DNA of 64,000 bases from Mizuhopecten yessoensis (taxonomy: Eukaryota). The notes beneath the pieces are model-generated. The model had not been told where the DNA came from. It worked only from the letters and a program-made list of their open reading frames with translations, and did not search any database. The stretch spans positions 1,113,144 to 1,177,143 of the forward strand of contig NW_018408922.1 in assembly GCF_002113885.1 (NCBI RefSeq), in the 5' to 3' direction. Below are positions 50,867 through 59,745 of the stretch, piece after piece. The first letter of the stretch is position 1. Every line of letters starts with the position of its first letter. The position numbers and the translations under genes are program-made.

Positions 50867-52486
50867 ATGCCGTTGGCCAACGAAACCGAAAGTCTTCTGA
50901 GACCACAACAGACAAAATGGCGATATCGGAAGATGTTTGTCATTGTGATTTTCTTGGTCCTGTTATGTGTCGTTGCCAGTCTTACCTTTGGCTGCATATA
51001 CTGGATAAAAACTTTCAACAACAAAATCAATGTTGTTCATTTAAAAGATAAACTGCCCAGTTCGTTTGGAGTTTCGTTTAACATTCAAGCTGAAAATTCG
51101 TCTCTTCTTACGAGTACAAAGGACGTCACTGTCAGATGGGAAAAAGAGCCAAATCTCATGAGATTTCAACAAAAAAGCGTGGAAACGCCTTGGAACGAAA
51201 GCATCGTCACTACCGTCAGCATACTGGACCATAGAGCCGTAGTTTCGTACACTCTAGAAAACAAGACTAGCTGGATATGCGCTAACGATTTAAAAATCTT
51301 CGACTGGTTTTCAATTTTTCGCCTCATGATGATTTCCACTGAATCTAATCACACAGACGATAACTGTACCGGCCGTATATGGACAGTACCATACGAAGGA
51401 CAGAGGGTATTTATATGTTTAAGAGGAAATCGAATCGCTTACATAAAGTATGATAACAAAGTTGCTGAGCCTCAAGAATGGGTGGTCCCCTCCCGATCTT
51501 CCATCAAACTGCCCAAGGATGCACCCGAGTGTAGAGTAAAATACCCACAGGTGTCTTCATTCAGCATACTAGAACAGGGTAGTGCTAATTCAACTAGAAA
51601 CCAATATGATAATAGAAAAGGTGAAGTACTTTTGGGTCAACCAGAAATATTTGCTAGAAGTACAAAACCAGACTGTCTATTTGTTCACGGAATTGGTGTA
51701 GAGACGCCAAAAAGTGGATTCAGAACTCTCACTAGCTTACACTACTGGGGCCACATCGAAAAATACACCCCACAGTGTATATCGCACAAGTTTATTGAGT
51801 TCAACACAGTCGACAATGGCTGGGACTCTAAAGTTTTACATGAAATGTTCTGCGAGTTTGCCACTGGCTCAAAGTCAGGAGGAATCATTGTCAACAAGCT
51901 AATTATTTCCCACTCCATGGGAAACAACATCATTGCGGCAGCGCTTCACAGCAAAAACTGTATATTGGACAAGGCGTCCAGTCAATGGTTCTCCGTGTCT
52001 GCACCCTGGCGTGGAAGCAAGGTGGTGGACACGCTCGAAACTCTCTGCTCTGGTTACTTAAGATATAAGCCTCTCGGGAAAATGGTGGCATATATATTAA
52101 AGCACACAAAGTTTTGCACAGAGGACGGCAACATGTCTCCGGCCTACGCCACACTGGAGCCCACCTACAAGTCCAAAACAGGTATCACTTACGACGATCT
52201 TGTGTCCATAGCTAAACAGTATGTAAACGGGGCGTTGTGTGGCACATCGCCATGGGGTATCGGCCTGAATCTACCATTCAGCGGGGCTTTGGAGTTCATA
52301 CAAGATTACAGTAAACTCGAGAAGCCAAACGACGGGGTAGTGGCACGAAAAAGCTGTGACATTTTTGGCGGAAAATTTCAAAACTCCTCCCATAACAAAT
52401 TCTTTCTGGCCTCCGTAAATCATGGTGAGAGTTCTACCAAATTTGGCTGTTCTGTGAATCTTTGTTCGTGGTTTAGACACTTGTAA
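50867..52486 (+). CDS. Paralog D: intact single-coding-exon type II membrane alpha/beta-hydrolase (lipase-like), 539 aa
   Basis: Uninterrupted ORF. Cytosolic ETESLL, basic KWRYRK, TM MFVIVIFLVLLCVVASLTFGCIYWI; several N-glycosylation sequons; CLFVHGIG, YWG, ISHSMGN (Ser 51914-51916), APWRGS, GALCG, NDGVV, VNH, CSWF. Confidence 0.93.
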   Translation: MPLANETESLLRPQQTKWRYRKMFVIVIFLVLLCVVASLTFGCIYWIKTFNNKINVVHLKDKLPSSFGVSFNIQAENSSLLTSTKDVTVRWEKEPNLMRFQQKSVETPWNESIVTTVSILDHRAVVSYTLENKTSWICANDLKIFDWFSIFRLMMISTESNHTDDNCTGRIWTVPYEGQRVFICLRGNRIAYIKYDNKVAEPQEWVVPSRSSIKLPKDAPECRVKYPQVSSFSILEQGSANSTRNQYDNRKGEVLLGQPEIFARSTKPDCLFVHGIGVETPKSGFRTLTSLHYWGHIEKYTPQCISHKFIEFNTVDNGWDSKVLHEMFCEFATGSKSGGIIVNKLIISHSMGNNIIAAALHSKNCILDKASSQWFSVSAPWRGSKVVDTLETLCSGYLRYKPLGKMVAYILKHTKFCTEDGNMSPAYATLEPTYKSKTGITYDDLVSIAKQYVNGALCGTSPWGIGLNLPFSGALEFIQDYSKLEKPNDGVVARKSCDIFGGKFQNSSHNKFFLASVNHGESSTKFGCSVNLCSWFRHL

Positions 52487-53284
52487 AGAGGGCTTCACTG
52501 TACAAGTGTGTTTAGATAAGTTAAAGCTACTTTGATAATTTATTCTTATTTACATATCTGTATTATCTTTTAGATTTTGCAATAAGTGTACACACAGGCA
52601 CCGATCACTTTTCAAATTTGATTATAGACACAACGGACGTTTTGTCCATGTACAGCTACACCAAATATTCTGGTGACATGAATTGGCGATTTCCTAACTT
52701 GGCTATTTTTCAAATAAATCTTGGCAAAAATGACTTCTTACACAGGATAACTTAATGTCTATATTGTCACATTGATCTAAGTTCCTTAAAAATGTATAGT
52801 AAATACATTGTACATATATGTGAATTTCTAATTTGTTGTCTATTTGTTTCAGTGTTTTTGAAAAGTTCGTGTTCATGTAATAACAAACAATACATATTAT
52901 TATGTTCAAACAACAAACGCAAATTAACTGATATATGTATTCTGAGTTTTAGACACACATTATTTATATAGAGTATTAAGCGTTTATGAGGAATACAGAA
53001 TCAAAGGGAAGTTTGAATGGATAGTATATGTTGTATGTTACGGAGATTCAATTTTGTATATGTGTTTTCAATACCTTTTTTTGTGGTATTTGATGTTTTG
53101 GAAAATTAATAAAACATTGTGCAACAAGCTTACAATGTTTAACATAAAATACTGAATTAGAATATCTTTATTTGTTTACATATTTCTCTTATGATAAGAT
53201 GTTTATTAAACTTGTTGACAACCTCTACCACACATGGAAACATTGTTGCATTGAAAAAAAAAATCATTTATTTTATTTTATAAT

Positions 53285-53554
53285 AATATAATAATAATAC
53301 TAAAGGCTTTATTTATTCTTGACATCATATTGAGCATGAAGTTCATCTTACATATGGTCAAGATACAATGTATGATAAAATGTACAATATTTACAGCTTT
53401 AAGAAATATACATGTATAAAATACAGGATAAAAGAGGAAATCATAAATCATTTCAAGTAAAATTGCTTTGCAGATCTCTTAAATTCTTAAAATGAAGTAC
53501 AATTTCTAATGTGACTTGATAAAAGATTCTATGCAAGGGGTCCCTGATATTTAA
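53285..53554 (-). mobile_element. 3' end of a decayed CR1/L2-type LINE (continuation of 59260-59745)
   Basis: Minus-strand translation YQGPLA*NLLSSHIRNCTSF*EFKRSAKQF is the typical ORF2 C-terminus. It is followed by AATAAATAAA and an ATT-rich tail. Confidence 0.8.
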
Positions 53555-55120
53555 GGAGGAACAGGGTGTTATTTGTAAAAAAATCTAGTCAATTAATATT
53601 TTTCATTTTTTCCACATACATACATTTAGTTGTCCTCTGTAACATATTATAATATTATGGTCACTTTCTTGATATATAAGGGAGGTAATTCAATTTTAGT
53701 TATCTCCCTTGTCACAAAATTTTCAATATTCACAACAAAGTCATTTTCAACTGTATAAAATTTATTTTTCAAAATTTTCAAACACATTTTTCGAAAGTTA
53801 GGACAGAAGACATATTTTTCAAATGCAAAATGATAAATTTGAGTTTTGATTTTGGTAAATCTACCAAAACAGGAAAAAAATGACAAAATTTGGCAAATTT
53901 TGCATTTTCTAACAGGGTAAACTGGCAATTATTTTGAATATATCCTGAAAATCTGTCATTTAATAGTTTTTGAAACACTAAAATTATAAAGTCATTTGTA
54001 TTGTAAATATTTGATAGGAATATGAGATCATGTTTCTTTCTTACTTTTTAGTCTACAGAGTTGGGAATATAAAGACATGCTGCTGGAATGGTGCTATTTT
54101 TAGAACAGATTGTATATGAATGAGTTACAATTGTACATATGAACAAGATGTGTATTGCCAACACAGTCCCTTTCAAGGAGGACAAGTACTTCTGTAGTAT
54201 ATACGACCTTAAATCTTGAAATATGACCTTGACCTGATATAGTTTTGACCTTGACTTTCACTTGACCAAATTTGAAGTCTCTATCTCATGTATCGAGATA
54301 TAACCTTAAACTTGAAATATTACTTTGATCAATATATTTGAAAACATGGTTCGCACACATTTTAATTATCATTGAAAAAGATGTCAAAATAAAAAAATTA
54401 AATAAAAACTATGTAAAAAGCCTTTAAAAACCTTAAAAATCAGTAACTGTCTTGACAAACCCTAAAAACTAATGAAAACACTGTTATATCAAGGTTATGA
54501 TGCCACTTTGTGCATAAGATTTAAAGATATTTAAAAAATAAACGGTCGTGAAATGAATAAATGGTCGTAAAATGTATAAAACAAAATAAAAACAAACAAA
54601 AATGTGAGGGGGTATAATATTCCGGAAATCATCTACCGGCTTCTGTTTCCAATACTACTGATACTATTCCGGGTCATTATTACGTTTGATACCTTTGGTG
54701 TCCATACTTTAAATTTGAAGCTTCTTCGCGATAAAGATTAGGAAAAAACAATTGGACGAGCCGCATTCTGAACGAACAGTACGGTCAGAATAGGGAAAGT
54801 GTGCATTTAATCGGAAGTGGCTTGCGATCAATGGTTCGCCAGACCGACCAGAGAATTTAAAGGCGTCAAGGACGTGGCAAAATGTATCGTTCGCAACCTA
54901 GGCAAGATGGGGGAGCATGCATTACTGCTACAAACAAACCATTCTGTGGGCAAGCGATTCGAGCCCAGATTCGTTTTTTTTTTAAAGGAACACGCTAATA
55001 CTCAGCCTACGAAAACCCCCGAAACTACAGCGAATGCTTTAAGTACGTTTCTCGGTTTCAGCTAATGCTCGTGCTGCTGGTGACAAAGTGATTTTGTCGC
55101 TCTTAATAATTAGGTCCAGT

Positions 55121-55318
55121 ACACTCTGTCGGTTGAGCTATATAGCTATATCCATATTTAAATTATAGCTGCATTGTGCTATTTTTTGATTTCACATTTG
55201 AATTTTCATTAAATTGCAGCAAAGTCGCATAAAACATCTATTGAGGTTGCATTTCATGAAAATAGCTAAAAAAAAGCAGGTAGGACTTTACAGCTATATA
55301 GCTCAACCGACAGAGTGT
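55121..55318. mobile_element. MITE with 27-bp perfect TIRs nested in the Kolobok-like element
   Basis: ACACTCTGTCGGTTGAGCTATATAGCT (55121-55147) pairs with AGCTATATAGCTCAACCGACAGAGTGT (55292-55318). Confidence 0.8.
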
Positions 55319-55319
55319 G

Positions 55320-55880
55320 TAAAACCTGCTAATACTCAACATGTACGTGCTGAAACACTTTTGACTCTTGATTTGCAAACAGTAAAACAGTTCTTTGACA
55401 TTTCTAAATTATTTCCCCTCATGTTTCCTGACGGTAACATTGCGAACAAATTCACATGTATATTATAGCTGCCTTCAGAACAGCAGAGCATTTGTTAGTG
55501 AATGATCAGAAGATAAATACTCAGTTCTTTTTGACAAATTGCTTGACTCGCAGGCTAATAAACACATGGTTATGCATGTAATGTTTGATTTTTGGATGAA
55601 GAGGAAAATTTTCTAAAAACAAGATATTTTGATTATCAATTTCCTGGTCATGCCACAGCAAATGACATGTAACTCAAGAAGGTGTTATTCATAGTGAACT
55701 GAATGCAACTGCAAGTAAGCTAGTGCAGATTGGAATGGATGGACCCAATGTAAATTTCATTAACTCATTTCTGACATGTTAAAAACTGATTTTAACAATA
55801 CATTATTACAAGTGTACCATAGGATCATGTGGTCTTATTATAAACTATTCATAGCAGATTTCAAGCAGGAGGTGTAGCCA
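55320..55880 (+). pseudogene. Decayed hAT-like transposase fragment inside the Kolobok-like element
   Basis: Broken frames give VRAETL, KLFPLMFPDGNIANKFTC, KTRYFDYQFPGHATAND, KLVQIGMDGPNVN and IGSCGL, motifs of a hAT-type transposase family as I recall them. Confidence 0.6.
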
Positions 55881-55924
55881 TTCTTGAATTATTTGGGCTA
55901 GACACCAATATACATATTAGGTTA

Positions 55925-58900
55925 TCATTCCTCTTTGTTTGTTAAGAAACTTGTGACAGCCTTGACAGTTTTTGCATTAAATCCATGCTCTGACAACACA
56001 TATCTCAGTCCATTTTCAGTATCTCTCTTGAATGCTAACTGAAGGTGTCTCAGGCAAAGTCCACATTGTGCTAATCGCCTAGCTGTTGGTTTGGTGATAA
56101 GAGATGCTCTCATTAATGGGGTGAAAGTGTCCGTCAATGCTGTCACATTGAAAGCAAAAATATCTTTTTCAGAATAGTTCAGCTGTCCAAGAAGTTCATG
56201 AAGACTTGTTACATCAGCACTTGCATCATGTGCATCATATTCTTTGCCAAGTAATTTTGAAACAAGATTCTGTTGCTTGTAATTTCCAACTTCACTTTTG
56301 CTAAACTTTCTTCTCGCTAATTTCAATGTGTCAATGCAGCCTGTTATATGTTGAAGAAATTCTGACAGCAAATGACTTTCTTGTAACTTTTTCAGTAAAA
56401 CTGGTACATCATAAGCTGCAATGTTATGACCAAAAAGGATTGGTTTCTTCTTCTTACTAAGGTACTCGATGAAGTCCAACAAAACAACACGAACATCTTT
56501 ACTGATGACTGGTTTTCCATGATGATACATCTGGTTTGAATGGAAATCATAAGTCAATCCTGTTATAGAAGAAGCTGTTGCAGATACTTTTTGGCATGGC
56601 ATTATGTACTGATTAAAAATGTCGCTGCCGTCGTATGCTGCCAGCTGAGTAATGTCAGAGTTCCTTGATAAACCTGTAACAGAAACAATGGAACATAAAT
56701 TTGTTTTACTATGATAGCACACAGGGTAGGTTTTACTTAACAAGCCAGATATATATTATGGTGCCTGGTTTATATGCATGGTAAAAAGCAGTTTGGAGAG
56801 GGGAGGAGGGATTGAGAATGATTTTTTTTTTTAAATTCAACAGACAACAATAATGGATTGAATGTAATATAACTCACATGGTCCTTTCATTTATACAAAT
56901 ATGATAAAGCACAATATTTTGTCTTTATTATTACCTGTTGTTTCTAAATCAAACACTACTGCAGATTCTTCACCAGTAAGTTTGATCTTGGAAGGAATTG
57001 TCTCTGTATCTATTTGTCCTTGGACTTCGATTTCCACTCCATAAGTATCGCCCTCCTTCACAGATTCTCCCTTATCATGGCAAACCTTCTGAATCTTTGT
57101 AAAATGCAGAAAAATGAAACTTTGTTCAAACATTTCGTCAAAATAATATGCAGGAAAATGGTGTATTCAGTCTTGGTACAATTCACTCAAAACTAGACAT
57201 TTGTATTTAACTATTTTGTTTGTTTGACAAAAAAAACACTTTGTTTTACAGGTCAGGCTGACTATTTTAACAAGTTTATTAGAATTGCAANGTTTAGAAG
57301 CCTGTCTGTTCTATCTTTGTATATCTGTGTCAGCTTTTGTAATTCCTCTTTCAACATGTCTCCAGATAGTGCCTTTCCATTTGGTAAATGTTTGTATCTG
57401 TAAGGCGTATTGAATATAACGATAGAGGATAAATTTGTTATTTCATTTCTATGAGTCAAGACCTATAAGTATATGTAAAGAAAGATGCAATAAAACGTTT
57501 TTAGACAAGCTAATACACTGATGATCCATCAATTACTGTTGTATTAATAATAACTGTATGTGTAATGTAGCTTTTGAAACGATTTTCAAATAACCATGTT
57601 CTATAACGTGGTGGCTATGTCATATATTGGGGGAAAAAAATGAATTTTTTTTAAAGGAAAGTACTGCAGAACCATTCAGAATAAATAAGATGTAGATAAA
57701 TTCCTATAAAATGGTGTTACTATATAAAATGTAAACAATATAATAATTATTACCTGAACTTTGCTGGATCCTTATTATATGTGCACCAGGATGGTGAGCA
57801 CAGAGAACACAAAGCTGACTTCCAATCCATCAGAGACTGAACAGTCAAGTTCCTCCTTCTGTGCATCATTACAAGATGTTTCTGCAGCACTTATGACTAC
57901 TGGGGCAAGTTTCTTCTGTATTTTGCGTAGTGTAGAGGCATCTACAGGAGGTATGTTACAACCAGAAAGAAACTTAACCACTTGATTGGGTCCCATTCCT
58001 GCATTTAACATAGCTGAAAAATGGAAGGTTATATTAATTTAGTTCAAATTTAATCATACTGTAAATATCTAGAAGGATTATCAGCATTTTGAATAACATG
58101 CTTATTATGTATAAACAATTGTTATACTTATGTGTATATAATTATAAGGCCATACATAAAATAGTGTTTGTTTCCTCCTCTATCTATAGCTACATACCCA
58201 CCAAAATAGCCCCTACAGAAAAATATTGTACTGACATTTTCCAGAAAGATATCTTTTTTATATTTGTTAATTGTTTAAAAAAAAATCTCACCATGTATTC
58301 TGTTTGAATTTTAATTACTTACAATATAAATAAAAATAAAATTGAAAAAATAAAATAATTTCCTTACCAACCTACCCATGATTTTATGATTTGTAGCTTG
58401 TATTTAATACCAGAGCTAAAATCAAATGCCAATGTTGTATTTGTGTACATAGTGGATTTTGGATTTTAGCTCAGGTATTAAATACCAGATACAAGTGCCA
58501 GCTGTGGTTAAACTAACTTATAATTTGAGTGGGGGAAACTCTTTCTCTCTCTCTGGGGCGAAATATCTTATAATAGAGAAGCTGAGGCCAAACTGGAAAA
58601 GGACCGAATCGTCTTGCACAGAAGATAGAAATCACATGAAAAGAAAAGAAATCAAGAAAGATTAGGTTTTGTTACTTACCTAGATACACTTTGGAGTTGA
58701 CGTCAAAGCCTTTGTTTGAATTTCGTTTTCCTGTGGGTACCAAGTTGACATGCTGGCATGCACTGTTCGGACATGATATGTAAAGGTAACTTGCCATACC
58801 GTAAATTACCTCGTCAACAATGTCAACAAACCTAAGCCACGAATTGCATTTGGCACAATTCATATTTTCGGACAGCACTGCTAGCTCAACCACCCTTCGT

Positions 58901-59157
58901 CCCTGAAACCATGGTTTCGTTGGTCCGATTTCCACGTTCTCGCTGACATGAATATCTCGATCTTGAACGGTGTGTGATGAAATAGTACTGTCAAGTCTGT
59001 GTTGTGGAATCGCCACATAATCGTGGTCTTGGTTGCTGGTACTGTAACTCTTCTCGTTCAAAAAACGCATATTTTCTGACCTATTCACAGTCCCTTTCTT
59101 TGCCAGTCTTCCCTTTACCCTGATATAACGGCGACTACCGCATCTGTCGTCTGCCAT
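55925..59157 (-). CDS. Spliced transposase-DEDDh exonuclease fusion gene of the Kolobok-like element (transposase core deleted, exonuclease intact)
   Basis: Exons 59157-58680 (GRRVVEL, CAKC, CPNSAC), 58013-57754, 57397-~57291 (N gap), ~57110-56935 and 56673-55925. The GT-AG junctions are phase-compatible (YL-A-MLNAG; KF-R-YKHLP; DLETT-G-LSR). Exo I FDLETTG, Exo II GHNIAAYD, IDTL, Exo III AHDASAD. Confidence 0.82.
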
Positions 59158-59184
59158 ATTTGTTTACCTCGGCTTCCTGACATT

Positions 59185-59243
59185 TGTACTTCCGGTTCTA
59201 TTTTTATGATTGCGGTCACGTGATTTTTCAAAATCACGTGACC
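59185..59243 (-). promoter_or_regulatory. Candidate transposon promoter: palindromic twin E-boxes plus an ETS site
   Basis: GGTCACGTGATTTT-TC-AAAATCACGTGACC (59214-59243) is a perfect 14-bp-arm palindrome with two CACGTG. ACTTCCGG at ~59188. Both lie between the TIR and the ATG at 59157. Confidence 0.55.
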
Positions 59244-59259
59244 ACTACCCTGCTTCCCC

Positions 59260-59745
59260 TTAAAAGATTTTCTAAAAATGTTTGTCTTATGACATGGCAA
59301 GTAAAACACATTGGTAGATGATGATCTTGTAGTTCTACCCTGAACATCAGACATATACGTAAAAATCATTCAAATTTTGTGGAGCTAAATTATTAAGTAT
59401 CATGTACATAAAAAACTACTTGATTGTATAACAATTCTTTTTTGAAAGGTAACCAATTTAGTTTTTTGAACATATCACAGGAAGGTGTGGAAAAATCACA
59501 TTTTAAAATAAATCTGGCTGTTCTCTTTTGCAGGCGTTCTAATTTTACAATATTATTTTTTGAACTGTTACACCAAACAGTTGAGCAATAATCCAGATGT
59601 GTGTTAACAAAGCAGTTAAAAAAGGTCATACAAGATGACTGGCTCAAATAGGGTCTCAACTTTTGAATCTGAATAATTTGACATGATATCTTTTTGCAGA
59701 CATTTGTAAATTGAATGTTCCAAGAGAGACAATCATTTTATAATA
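59260..59745 (-). mobile_element. CR1/L2-type LINE ORF2 C-terminal fragment, 5'-truncated and frameshifted
   Basis: RPYL..FVNTHLDYCSTVWC..KLERLQKRTARFIL..MFKKLNWLPF, then TTRSSS..FYLP..KTNIFRKSF. These are hallmark post-RT motifs. Confidence 0.88.

Larger units (their letters stand above)
53555..59259 (-). mobile_element. Kolobok-like DNA transposon, 5.7 kb, TTAA target-site duplication, imperfect ~14-bp TIRs
   Basis: TTAA|GGAGGAACAGGGTG at the left (TTAA 53551-53554) and TACCCTGCTTCCCC|TTAA at the right (TTAA 59260-59263). Excision restores the LINE frame IFRKSFK-YQGP. It encodes a Zn-finger/Mutator-like transposase plus DEDDh exonuclease. Confidence 0.85.
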
